This document shows, piece by piece, positions 38,377-47,882 of a DNA stretch of 64,000 bases (positions within the stretch are counted from its first letter, which is position 1; each line of letters opens with the position of its first letter). The notes under the pieces were generated by a model. That model worked only from the letters and a program-made list of their open reading frames with translations, was not told where the DNA came from and did no database searches. Origin of the DNA: Planctomycetota bacterium (lineage in GTDB: Bacteria; Planctomycetota; UBA8108; SXIK01); assembly GCA_965223845.1 (NCBI GenBank), contig CBDCXR010000004.1:640001-704000 (forward strand), given 5' to 3'. The translations under genes and the position numbers were made by a program.

Positions 38377-39759
38377 GTGGCGGGCGTCATGGCGACGGAT
38401 GATCCAACGGTAGTCGTCGGCGCAGGGATCAGCGGCCTCGCGTTTTCGCATCGTCTGAAAACGATCGAGCCGGACCGGCCGGTCGTCCTTCTCGATGCGG
38501 CGAGGCGGCCGGGCGGAGTCATCGCGACCGATGACGTCGACGGCTTTCGTTTCGAGTGGGGCCCGAACGCATTTCTCGGCAACTCGCCCGCTACGTTCGA
38601 GCTCGTGGAAGAGCTCGGCCTCTCGGAGCGATTGCTCGCCGCGAGGCCGACGGCGAAGAAACGCTACATCGTGCGCGGCGGGAAGCTCCGCGCTCTCCCG
38701 CGTTCGCCGCTCGGGGTGTTCACGACGGGGGCGCTGTCGTTTAGCGGCCGGATGCGGCTCCTCACCGAACCGTTTCGCCGGCGCGGCTCGGCCGAGGACG
38801 AGACGGTCGCCTCCTTCGGAAGGAGGAGGCTCGGCGAGGAGGCTACGCGACAGCTTCTCGATCCGATGGTGTCGGGCGTCTTCGGGGGAGATGTCGAGAG
38901 GCTCAGCCTGCCGGCGGCATTTCCGCGCGTCGCTGCCCTCGAGCGAGAACATGGTGGCCTCGTCCGCGGACTGATCGCGTCGCGAAAAGCGAGCTCGTCG
39001 TCCTCGGTCGCCGGTCGTTCGCGGCGCTCGCTCTACTCGTTTCCCGGCGGATTCGGCGAGCTCACGGGCGCGCTCGCCGAGCAGCTGGAGGACTCGATTC
39101 GTCTCGAGTGCCCAGTCGAGCGAGTGACGCCGAGCGGTCGCGGCTGGGAGGTCGCCGTCCGCGGCGGGGAGACGATCGCCGCGGCCGCCGTAGTCGTGGC
39201 CGCGCCGGCTCCGATCGCGAGCACCTTCCTTCCCTCCGATGCAGGCGATCTCGCGTCGGCGCTCACCGAAATCGCCTACGCGCCGCTCGCGGTCGTCTGT
39301 GTCGGGTTCGATCGCGATCAGGTCGGGCATCCGCTGGACGGCTTTGGCTTCCTCTCCCCGCGGCACGAGGGGCTTCGGGTCCTCGGCGCGGTGTGGGTGT
39401 CGAGCATCTACCCCGAGCACGCGCCGGGCGGCGCGGTGAGCCTCCGCGTGATGCTGGGGGGCGCCCGCGACCCGGAGGCGGTGGCACTCGCGGACGACGA
39501 GTTGCTCGAGCTCGCTCTCCGCGAAGTCGGGCCGCTCCTCCGGCTCCGAGGCGAGCCGCGAGTTCACCGCGTCTACCGCCATCGCCGCGGCGTTCCGCAG
39601 TACGAGGTGGGACACCTCGCCCGACTCGGACGAATCGACTCGCTCCTCCGCGCACTTCCGGGACTCGAGCTCCACGGAAACGCCTACCGCGGCGTGGCGG
39701 TCAATGACTGTATTCGAGAGGCCCGGGCGCTCGCCGAACGGATCGCGCGGCCGGAGTGA
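38377..39759 (+). CDS. hemG: Proto/coproporphyrinogen oxidase (HemY/HemG type)
   Basis: VVVGAGISGLA FAD motif, FEWGPNAF, GFGFL, PQYEVGH, GNAYRGVAVNDCI. Confidence 0.92.
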   Translation: MAGVMATDDPTVVVGAGISGLAFSHRLKTIEPDRPVVLLDAARRPGGVIATDDVDGFRFEWGPNAFLGNSPATFELVEELGLSERLLAARPTAKKRYIVRGGKLRALPRSPLGVFTTGALSFSGRMRLLTEPFRRRGSAEDETVASFGRRRLGEEATRQLLDPMVSGVFGGDVERLSLPAAFPRVAALEREHGGLVRGLIASRKASSSSSVAGRSRRSLYSFPGGFGELTGALAEQLEDSIRLECPVERVTPSGRGWEVAVRGGETIAAAAVVVAAPAPIASTFLPSDAGDLASALTEIAYAPLAVVCVGFDRDQVGHPLDGFGFLSPRHEGLRVLGAVWVSSIYPEHAPGGAVSLRVMLGGARDPEAVALADDELLELALREVGPLLRLRGEPRVHRVYRHRRGVPQYEVGHLARLGRIDSLLRALPGLELHGNAYRGVAVNDCIREARALAERIARPE

Positions 39760-40073
39760 ACGAGGATTCCGCGCGCGCCCGTGCGTCGTCGGAACTCGTT
39801 CCAGAGTGCGACAATACGCCCCTCGGAAAACCCTGGCGCCGTTTTTCGGCTCGTCTATTCTCACCGTGGAGAGACGGTTCAAAGCCGCTCTCGAAAGAGA
39901 CGTGATGTTCGGGCTCCCCTTGTGGCAGAATTCGCCCTCTTCGTGAGGTGTCGACGGGGTGGCGGAGCCCGCTGGTCGACGGTGTCCCACGCGGGTCCGG
40001 ACTCGACCGGCTTGAAGAGAGTCTTCTCTCGGTCCCGAGGATTGGAACGAATCGTTCCAGAGAGGTAAGCGCG

Positions 40074-40910
40074 ATGATGCGGATCGGATTGCGGGCGGTG
40101 CTCGCAGCGTTCGTTGTGGCCGGAATGATCGGGGTGGGTTGCGAGAAGAAGTCGGGGACGCCGACTCCTCAGGACCCCGGGTCGACGACCCCGCCGACCG
40201 GCGGACCTACGCCGCCGCCGGTGGCGGCTGCGAAGGCGTGGCCGACCGACGCCGCGGCGACGGGAACGATCAGCGGCACGATCAAGGTCGGAAGCGCTCC
40301 TGCGATGCCCGCGATCGACATGGCGTCGAAGCCGGACTGCGTCGCGCTTCATGGCGACACGAAGCCGACGGCCGAGCTCGTCGTCGCCGGCGCGAACGGC
40401 GGTCTCCGTGACGTCTTCGTCTACCTCGACGACGCTAGCGTCGCGGCGCAGTACACGCCGCCCGCCCCTCCGGCCGAGCCTGCCGTGCTCGACCAGAAGG
40501 GATGCATCTACGTTCCGCACGTCATCGGGATCCAAGTGAAGCAGGACCTCAAGGTCCTCAACAGCGACCCCTTCCTTCACAACGTGAACGCTCCGCCGCT
40601 CAACTTGGCGATGGGCGGGAAGGACGAAGCCGGGAAGGTGAAGCTGCTCAAGAAGCACTTCAAGAAGCCCGCGGTCCCCGCCACGTTCAAGTGCGACGTC
40701 CATCCGTGGATGAGCGCGTACGCTTGTGTCGTCACGCACCCCTGCTATGCTGTGACCGACGCCGACGGGAACTTCAAGATCACGGGGGTTCCGCCGGGTA
40801 AGTACAAGCTCAAGTTCTGGCATGAACCGGCGCCGGGTCTTACCGCACCGGCAGATCAAGACGTCGAAGTGAAGGCTGGCGAGGACACCGCGATCGAAGC
40901 GACGTTCTGA
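40074..40910 (+). CDS. Lipoprotein with cupredoxin-like insert and carboxypeptidase-regulatory-like domain
   Basis: Lipobox GVGC; LDQKGC-x-Y-x-PHV, NSDPFLHNV, CDVHPWM, TDADGNFKITGVPPGKY. Confidence 0.8.
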   Translation: MMRIGLRAVLAAFVVAGMIGVGCEKKSGTPTPQDPGSTTPPTGGPTPPPVAAAKAWPTDAAATGTISGTIKVGSAPAMPAIDMASKPDCVALHGDTKPTAELVVAGANGGLRDVFVYLDDASVAAQYTPPAPPAEPAVLDQKGCIYVPHVIGIQVKQDLKVLNSDPFLHNVNAPPLNLAMGGKDEAGKVKLLKKHFKKPAVPATFKCDVHPWMSAYACVVTHPCYAVTDADGNFKITGVPPGKYKLKFWHEPAPGLTAPADQDVEVKAGEDTAIEATF

Positions 40911-41029
40911 ACGGGCGTGGCTCGCGGAACCGACAGGATCGCGCTTCGGCGCCGGTCTGGTGGTCGGGCGCGGGAGAACCCGGTCGAGCGGTTTGCCGTT
41001 TCGGTTTCGCTGGATCTGAACAATCGACG

Positions 41030-42049
41030 GTGATGGTATCGATGACGAAGACTCTTGAGTTGAGTGCGGTTCCCGCTCGGACGGGCGCCTCTCGGCTACG
41101 CCGGTGCGCGCGATGCGCCGTCGTCTGGTCCCTCGCGTTTCTGCCTCTCGTCTCCGCGACCGCGCAGGAAGCGGCACCGGCTCCGGCCGATGCGGCGACG
41201 ACGCCCGCGCCCGCGGAGGCCGTGTCTCCGCCGATGATTCCCGAGAACATCGCTACGTTCGGCGGGGACGTCGATTGGCTGTTCGATCTGATCCTCTGGA
41301 TCACTCTCGTCACCATGGTCATCGTCCTCGGTCTCCTCGCCATCTTCATGGTGAAGTACCGGTACAAAGAAGGGCGAAAGGCGCACTACACGCACGGGAG
41401 CACGGCGCTGGAGGTCACGTGGACGACCGCGACCGCGGTTCTGTTGATCTTCATCGCGTTCGTTCAGAAGTCGACGTGGGAGAACATCAAGCAGGAGTTC
41501 CCGGATCCGTCGGGGGCGGAGGACGTCTTCGTCGGCCGCGTCTTCGGCGAGCAATTCGGCTGGTACTTCGTGTACCCCGGGACGGACGGTAAGTTCGAGT
41601 TTGACGACGTGAAGCAGCGCTTTCCGGGCTTCAACGACGTCGGGCTCGCCGATCCGCAGAAGGACAAGGTGATGACGACGCTCTACGTGCCCGTCAACGC
41701 CAAGGTGCTCCTTCAGATCAAATCGCTCGGCAAGTATGACCAGTCGACCAAGCAGGAGATCGTCCCTGTCCTCCACAGCTTCTTCGCGCCGAACCTTCGC
41801 GTGAAGCAGGACCTCGTTCCGTATCACCCGGGCTACGTTTGGTTCGAGGCGACGAAGACCGGGAAGTACGAAATCGCGTGCGCCGAGCTGTGCGGGCTCG
41901 GTCACTACCAGATGCGGGCGGATCTCATCGTCGCAACCGACGAAGAGCTCGCGCAGCATCTCGGGTACAACTGGCGCGAGCACCGCGCGACCTTCGCGGG
42001 CGTCGACGGCAAGAGCGCGCCAGCGGAAGAGCCGGCCGCCGGGGACTGA
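41030..42049 (+). CDS. coxB: Cytochrome c oxidase subunit II
   Basis: Two TM helices, LEVTWT, VLHSF, CuA motif CAELCGLGHYQM; no fused cytochrome c. Start uncertain. Confidence 0.95.
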   Translation: MMVSMTKTLELSAVPARTGASRLRRCARCAVVWSLAFLPLVSATAQEAAPAPADAATTPAPAEAVSPPMIPENIATFGGDVDWLFDLILWITLVTMVIVLGLLAIFMVKYRYKEGRKAHYTHGSTALEVTWTTATAVLLIFIAFVQKSTWENIKQEFPDPSGAEDVFVGRVFGEQFGWYFVYPGTDGKFEFDDVKQRFPGFNDVGLADPQKDKVMTTLYVPVNAKVLLQIKSLGKYDQSTKQEIVPVLHSFFAPNLRVKQDLVPYHPGYVWFEATKTGKYEIACAELCGLGHYQMRADLIVATDEELAQHLGYNWREHRATFAGVDGKSAPAEEPAAGD

Positions 42050-42128
42050 AAAGCGTTCGCCGGGCGTCCGAGTCTTCTCGACCCGTCACTCAACACAACC
42101 GCTCCTTACAGCAATCGAGTCCAAGTCT

Positions 42129-43913
42129 ATGAGCACGACTGCCGGCGATTCCGTCCCTGCTGACAGCCAGCACGGTGATTCCGGTGCGGGGCACTCGGGT
42201 CACGATCACGGCCACGGCGGCGGGCACGGGCATCACGAGCCCGGTCCGATCGGACGCTACATCTTCAGCCGCGATCACAAGACGATCGGGATTCAGTTTT
42301 ACCTGACGTCGATGTTCATGCTGATCATCGGCGGCCTGCTCGCGCTGGGCGTCCGGTGGCGGATTGCTTGGCCCGACGCGGACGTGCCCCTCATGGGGCA
42401 GGTCGACGGGGCCGGCTACGCGATGCTCTTCACGATGCACGCGAGTGTGATGATCTTTTTTGTGATCATCCCGTTCCTCGTGGGTGCGTTCGGGAACTTC
42501 GTCGTGCCGCTACAAATCGGTGCGGCGGACATGGCCTTCCCGTTCATGAACGGCCTTTCCTACTGGATCATGCCGCCCGCGGGCATCGTCATGTTCTTCG
42601 GGTTCTTCCTCGAAGGTGGTGCGGCTGCGGGTGGTTGGACCTCGTATCCCCCGCTCAGCACGATCGCGTCTGCAGGTCAGACGTGCTGGATCATCAGTCT
42701 CATCATCGTCGGAGCCTCATCGGTGATGGGGGCCGTGAACTACATCACGACCGTCGTCAAAATGCGCGCTCCCGGCATGACGTTTTTCCGAATGCCGCTC
42801 ACCGTGTGGTCGGTCTTTATCACCGCGATCCTGATTCTCTTCGGGACGCCGGTCCTCACGTCCGCGCTGATCCTCCTCCTCCTCGATCGCTCGATGGGGA
42901 CGACGTTCTTCACCGGCGATGGGCAGCCACTCCTCTGGCAGCACCTCTTTTGGTTCTACTCTCACCCTGCGGTCTACATCATGATCCTCCCGGCGATGGG
43001 GATGGCTAGCGACATCATCGCCACCTTTGCCCGCCGGGCGATTTTCGGCTACCGCGCGATGGCGTACTCGATGGCCGGAATCGCCGGTCTCGGATTCATC
43101 GTCTGGGGACATCACATGTTCCAGAGTGGGATGAATCCGAAGCTCGGGACGACGTTCATGATCGCGACGATGATGATCGCGCTTCCGTCCGCCGTGAAGA
43201 CCTTCAACTGGCTCGGCACGCTCTGGCGCGGGAATATCATCTTCAGCACGGCGATGCTTTACGCCTGTGGATTCGTCGGCATGTTCGTGATCGGCGGGCT
43301 GAGCGGAATCTTCATGGCAGCCACTCCAGTCGACATCCAGATCCACGATACGTATTACATCGTGGCCCACATCCACTACGTCCTCTTCGGCGGGAGCTTG
43401 ATGGCGATCTTCGGGGGGACCTATTACTGGTTCCCGAAGATGTTCGGCCGAATGATGAACGAGACGCTCGGGAAGATTCATTTCCTCCTCACGTTCATCG
43501 CCTTCAACTGCACGTTCTTCCCGATGCACATCGTCGGCGCGGCGGGGCTGCCGCGGCGCTACGCGGCGTACGCCATCGAGCAGGGGGTCACCGAAACCTG
43601 GGCCCACACGCAGTCGTGGAACGTCTTCATGACCGTTTCCGCGATCGGACTCGGACTCGCGCAGATCCTCTACTTCGTGAACTTCTTCTGGAGTCTCTAC
43701 CGGGGGAAGAAGGCCGACGCGAATCCGTGGAAAGCGAACACGCTCGAATGGCAGGCGCCGTCCCCTCCGCAGCACGTCAATTTCGATCCCGTGCCCGTCG
43801 TCTACCGCGGGCCGTACGAGTACAACTCGCCGGTCGTTGAAGACGACTACCTGCCTCAGACGGTGAAACTCGACGACGAAGCGGCCGCGAGGGAAGCTCA
43901 GCTCGCTCATTGA
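42129..43913 (+). CDS. coxA: Cytochrome c oxidase subunit I, A2 type
   Basis: DHKTIG, TMHA, GWTSYPPL, FWFYSHPAVY (A2 YS motif), WGHHMF, HDTYYIVAHIHY, GLPRRY. Confidence 0.97.
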   Translation: MSTTAGDSVPADSQHGDSGAGHSGHDHGHGGGHGHHEPGPIGRYIFSRDHKTIGIQFYLTSMFMLIIGGLLALGVRWRIAWPDADVPLMGQVDGAGYAMLFTMHASVMIFFVIIPFLVGAFGNFVVPLQIGAADMAFPFMNGLSYWIMPPAGIVMFFGFFLEGGAAAGGWTSYPPLSTIASAGQTCWIISLIIVGASSVMGAVNYITTVVKMRAPGMTFFRMPLTVWSVFITAILILFGTPVLTSALILLLLDRSMGTTFFTGDGQPLLWQHLFWFYSHPAVYIMILPAMGMASDIIATFARRAIFGYRAMAYSMAGIAGLGFIVWGHHMFQSGMNPKLGTTFMIATMMIALPSAVKTFNWLGTLWRGNIIFSTAMLYACGFVGMFVIGGLSGIFMAATPVDIQIHDTYYIVAHIHYVLFGGSLMAIFGGTYYWFPKMFGRMMNETLGKIHFLLTFIAFNCTFFPMHIVGAAGLPRRYAAYAIEQGVTETWAHTQSWNVFMTVSAIGLGLAQILYFVNFFWSLYRGKKADANPWKANTLEWQAPSPPQHVNFDPVPVVYRGPYEYNSPVVEDDYLPQTVKLDDEAAAREAQLAH

Positions 43914-44003
43914 GCTGAGCGGTTGAGGCGAAGGGAAACCGCGGCGCGCCGGTCGACTCTCCGGTGACTCGCTAGATCAGCTTCGTCCTTTCGTGGGGGC
44001 TCC

Positions 44004-44978
44004 ATGGCCCGAGCGACAAAACTCCTCCTCGTCGGTACGTTTCTCTTGATCGCGCTCGGCGGCGTCGTGACGAGCACCGAGTCGGGTATGGCCGATCCGC
44101 ACTGGCCGTCCTTCGAAGGTGAGCTCGCGCCGTCGATCGAGCGGATGAAGGAGAACCGCGGACTTCTCTTCGAACACACTCACCGCGTGGTGGCCGGGCT
44201 CGTGGCGATCTTCACCTGTGGGCTCGCGGTGGCGATCCGAGCTCGAGACCGACGCAAGTCGGTTCGCCGCCTCGGCTGGAGCGCGGCGGGACTCGTTCTC
44301 TTGATCGCGCTCCTCGGCGGCGCGACCGTCCTCTTCAACACACCACCCGAAATCTCAGTCGTCCACGTGAGCCTCGCGATGCTCTTTCTGAGTCTCGTCA
44401 CGTCTCTTGCCGTCGTGTACGGCCGGAAGTGGCAGCCCGGGCGAGTTTCTCTCCTCGGGGGCGACGCCGACGACGCGCGCTGGCTGCGCGGCGGCGCCAT
44501 CGCCTGCGCGGCGACGGTCTACCTGCAGATCATTCTCGGTGCTGTGCTTCGGCACGCGTACGAAGGAGTGATGCTGCACGTGATCTGGGCGTTTGCGGTG
44601 TTCACCGCCGTCGTGATGGTCGTCGCGCGCGTGTTCTCACGCCACGGAAAGGCGCTCGAGGTCGTGATGCCGGGGCTCCTCCTTGCCGTGCTCGTCCTCG
44701 CGCAGTTCTTTCTCGGTTTCACGGCCTTCGTGTCGCGGCCGGACGGTGTCGACGATGCCGGTTCGCATCTCCACCAGGCCGTAGCGAGTAGCCATCAAAT
44801 CATCGGCGCGGCGATGATGGTCGCCTCCGTCGTGTTCCTCCTCCGGGTCTTCCGCTGCTCTTACGTCGCGGCCCGATCGGAGCTGCCGGCGAAGGAATCG
44901 GCGGCGTATACCGAGACGCCGCTCGACCCGCGCGGCGAGGGACTCGAGTGCGCCGCGGAGGGAGGGACCGGATCGTGA
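44004..44978 (+). CDS. ctaA: Heme A synthase (COX15/CtaA family)
   Basis: LGGVVT..SGMA-x-P-x-WP, FEHTHR, VVH, QIILGA-x-x-RH; about eight TM helices; oxidase cluster context. Confidence 0.87.
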   Translation: MARATKLLLVGTFLLIALGGVVTSTESGMADPHWPSFEGELAPSIERMKENRGLLFEHTHRVVAGLVAIFTCGLAVAIRARDRRKSVRRLGWSAAGLVLLIALLGGATVLFNTPPEISVVHVSLAMLFLSLVTSLAVVYGRKWQPGRVSLLGGDADDARWLRGGAIACAATVYLQIILGAVLRHAYEGVMLHVIWAFAVFTAVVMVVARVFSRHGKALEVVMPGLLLAVLVLAQFFLGFTAFVSRPDGVDDAGSHLHQAVASSHQIIGAAMMVASVVFLLRVFRCSYVAARSELPAKESAAYTETPLDPRGEGLECAAEGGTGS

Positions 44979-45892
44979 GCGACTCGCCGCTGGCTGCATC
45001 CCGTTCGCTCTCGCGGTCGCCCGCCGACCGGTCAACGGGCCTCGTCGCCGATGTCCTCGATCTCACGAAGGCGCGACTCGTCGTCATGGTCCTCATCACC
45101 GCGGCGGCCGGGTACTGGGTGGGCGCGGCGAGCGGTGGCGAACTCGCAGCCGGTCCGTTCGCTCTTCTGCTCGGAGGAATCGCGCTCCTTTCGGCCGGCG
45201 GCGCAGCGTTCAACCACGTCCTCGAGCGACGCGGCGACTCACGCATGCGTCGCACTGAAGCTCGGCCCGTCGTCACCGGCCGCATTTCGCCGAACGCGGC
45301 GTGGACGTTCGGGCTCGTGAGCTCGTCAGTGGGGATCCTCGTGCTCCTCCTCGTCGAGCCGTTCGCCGCGGTCCTCGGGGCGTTCACGGTGTTCTCCTAC
45401 GCTTTTATCTACACGCCGCTCAAGCGAGTAACGCAACTCTCGACACTCGTCGGCGCGGTCCCCGGCGCTCTGCCCCCGCTCATCGGTTGGGCCGCGTCGA
45501 TCGGGGAGATCGGCGCGCCGGGCTGGATTCTCTTCGGCATCCTGTTCTTCTGGCAGCTGCCGCACTTCCTCGCGATCGCGTGGCTCTACCGGCGGGATTA
45601 CCGCCGCGGCGGCTATCCCGTTCTCACGGTCGTCGATCCGACCGGCGGAGCCGCGGCGCGCCAGATGCTGCTCGGCGGGCTCGCGCTCATCGTGTGTAGC
45701 TTGATGCCCGCGGTCGCGGAGATTTGCGCACCGCCGTACTTTGCCGTGGCGCTCGCTCTCGGAACTGGGTTCTTTGCCGCCATCCTCTGGTTTGTGGTGC
45801 GGCGCTCGCAGCGATCGGCGCGCGCGGTGGTTCTCGGCTCGGTCGTCTACCTGCCCGCACTTCTCTGTCTCCTCGTCAGTACGACTCGATAG
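44975..45892 (+). CDS. ctaB: Protoheme IX farnesyltransferase (heme O synthase)
   Basis: LTKARL, D-x-RMRRT-x-x-RP, YTPLKR, GAVPGALPPLIGW, FFWQLPHF; GTGA overlap. Confidence 0.94.
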   Translation: MSDSPLAASRSLSRSPADRSTGLVADVLDLTKARLVVMVLITAAAGYWVGAASGGELAAGPFALLLGGIALLSAGGAAFNHVLERRGDSRMRRTEARPVVTGRISPNAAWTFGLVSSSVGILVLLLVEPFAAVLGAFTVFSYAFIYTPLKRVTQLSTLVGAVPGALPPLIGWAASIGEIGAPGWILFGILFFWQLPHFLAIAWLYRRDYRRGGYPVLTVVDPTGGAAARQMLLGGLALIVCSLMPAVAEICAPPYFAVALALGTGFFAAILWFVVRRSQRSARAVVLGSVVYLPALLCLLVSTTR

Positions 45893-45946
45893 GCTCGCCT
45901 CGACGGGGGACGAACTCCGATCGGCCTCTCGTTGGCTCGCGATTCC

Positions 45947-46531
45947 ATGACTTCCTATTCCGCCGCGGCTTCCCCCTCGCGCCCGCAGACGATCTCGAAA
46001 GAGAGCTTCGGCATGGTGCTCTTCCTCATCGCGGAGACGATGTTCTTCGCGGCGCTCGCCGGTGCGTATATCGTCCTTCGCATCGCGAAGAAGGGCGAGT
46101 GGCGCCCCGCCGGCCTCGACGATATCGTCTCGGCGATCGTCATCGCGAACACGGTCGTCCTCGCGCTCAGCTCGGTGAGCATGTGGCTCACGCAGATCGC
46201 CGCGAAGCGAAAGGATCCGTGGATGAAGCTCTTTCTCCAGGGGACCCTCGCGCTCGGTCTACTCTTCCTCGCGGGGCAGGCGCTCGAGTTCCGGCGTATG
46301 CTCGAGATCGTGTCGTTCGGCGGAAACCTGTTCGGCTCGGTCTTCTACTCGATCGCGGGTCTTCACGGACTCCACGTCGCCGGCGGAATCCTTCTCCTCG
46401 TGATCGTCCTCTTTCGCGCGTACCGAAAGCCGCGCGAGGAGGTCGTCGTCTGGGTCCGGATGACCGCGGCGTACTGGCACTACGTCGTTCTCGTGTGGGC
46501 GTTTCTCTTCTGGGGGCTGTATGTCTGGTGA
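45947..46531 (+). CDS. coxC: Cytochrome c oxidase subunit III (short form)
   Basis: LFLIAETMFF, NTVVL-x-x-SS, FL-x-GQ-x-x-E, GLHGLHV, YWHYV. Confidence 0.9.
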   Translation: MTSYSAAASPSRPQTISKESFGMVLFLIAETMFFAALAGAYIVLRIAKKGEWRPAGLDDIVSAIVIANTVVLALSSVSMWLTQIAAKRKDPWMKLFLQGTLALGLLFLAGQALEFRRMLEIVSFGGNLFGSVFYSIAGLHGLHVAGGILLLVIVLFRAYRKPREEVVVWVRMTAAYWHYVVLVWAFLFWGLYVW

Positions 46532-47240
46532 TCGCGACCGCTCTCCGTCGCGCGTCGATCCCGCTTCGGGCGAGGTCGAAGCGAAGGAAGACCCGAGCTG
46601 GCGCCCCGCGTTCTTGAGCGCGTGTCTCATCCTCACGCTCGGGATTCTGTGTGCGGTGATCTGGTGGCGCGGTCAAGACTCGACTGAGGAGCCGCTTCCC
46701 GTCCTCGGGTCGATTCCCGCGTTCCGCTTTCTCGACCAGAGCGGTGCGGCGTTCGAGCTCGCCGATCTTCTCGGAAAAGTGTGGGTGGGCGATTTCGTGT
46801 TTACGCGGTGCGGGTCGGCCTGTCCGCGGATGGCGCGAACGATGTCTGCGCTCCAGTCCGAGCTCGCCGGGCGCGGCATCGGCGCCGGCGACGTTCGCTT
46901 CGTCTCGTTTTCGGTCGACCCGGCCTACGATACGCCGGATGTCCTCGCCGCGTTCGGAGCTCGCTACGGCGCCGACCCGGCGTCGTGGAGCTTTCTCACC
47001 GGAGCGGACGGAGAGGTCGTCGACCTGAGCCAGAACGGGTTCTTTCTCGCTGCGTCTCAGGGCCGTTCGGGCGGAGCGGCCCACAGCCACAGCGACCGCT
47101 TCGCCCTCGTCGATCGGCGCGGGAGACTGCGCGGCCACTACCAGCCGACCGCGAGCGAGAGCGAGTACCAGCGCCTCCGCGACGACATCCTGCGTCTCCT
47201 CGCGGAGCCTCCGAGCGACGTTGCGGGGGAGGTCGAGTGA
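46521..47240 (+). CDS. SCO family copper chaperone
   Basis: FTRCGSACP (CxxxC), SFSVDP-x-YDTP, W-x-FLTG, HS..F-x-LVD. Confidence 0.93.
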   Translation: MSGDRDRSPSRVDPASGEVEAKEDPSWRPAFLSACLILTLGILCAVIWWRGQDSTEEPLPVLGSIPAFRFLDQSGAAFELADLLGKVWVGDFVFTRCGSACPRMARTMSALQSELAGRGIGAGDVRFVSFSVDPAYDTPDVLAAFGARYGADPASWSFLTGADGEVVDLSQNGFFLAASQGRSGGAAHSHSDRFALVDRRGRLRGHYQPTASESEYQRLRDDILRLLAEPPSDVAGEVE

Positions 47241-47671
47241 AGTGGTACGAAGCTCTGCCGCACCTGAACGCCGCGCTCAACTCGGTGAGCTGCGTCCTTC
47301 TCGTGTGCGGGTACCGGGCAATCCGCTCGCGAGCCGGTACCGAGGCGGAGCGTCGCTCGCGTCACGCACGTCTCATGCTTGCGGCCTTCGGCGTGTCAGT
47401 GCTCTTTCTCGCGTCGTACCTCACGTACCACGGTGTGGTGGGGCACACGAGCTACGAAGGCCGAGGCTGGGTGCGTCCGGTCTATTTCTTCATTCTGATC
47501 ACGCACATCGTGCTCGCCGCTTTTGTGCCGATTCTCGCGTCCCTGACGCTCTACTTCGCGGCTCGCCGCCGGTGGGCCGCGCACCGGAAGATCGCGCGTT
47601 GGACGTTTCCCATTTGGCTCTACGTGTCGTTCACGGGGGTCGCGGTGTACCTGATGCTGTACGTCTTCTGA
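47237..47671 (+). CDS. DUF420 family membrane protein
   Basis: GTG 47237; LPHLNAALN, FLASYLTYH, YFFILITHI, HRKIARWTFPIWLYVS-x-TGV. Confidence 0.9.
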   Translation: MKWYEALPHLNAALNSVSCVLLVCGYRAIRSRAGTEAERRSRHARLMLAAFGVSVLFLASYLTYHGVVGHTSYEGRGWVRPVYFFILITHIVLAAFVPILASLTLYFAARRRWAAHRKIARWTFPIWLYVSFTGVAVYLMLYVF

Positions 47672-47882
47672 CTCGAGCATCGGCCCGCTGGTCTCATCAG
47701 ACTCCGCTACGACGCCTCAGTAGGAGAATCGAGCATCGGAGGTGTCACCCCTCCGGTCCTCACTGTGCTAAGAGTGCAACTCCGGTCCGTGCCGTGACAC
47801 GTCCTCGTCAGTTCACGCCTTCCGGCGACTCGCCGCTTCGCTCACCGAATCTGGTGAGAAATGCGGGCTAACGGTCCGATCG

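Noticed and set aside
34288-39990. Long minus-strand ORFs (1023 aa and 861 aa) opposite the octaheme cytochrome and hemG
   Set aside because: No recognisable motifs; explained as shadows of the plus-strand genes.
47672-47882. tRNA or other RNA gene in this intergenic gap
   Set aside because: Only short hairpins; no cloverleaf or T-loop GTTCGA in a tRNA context.
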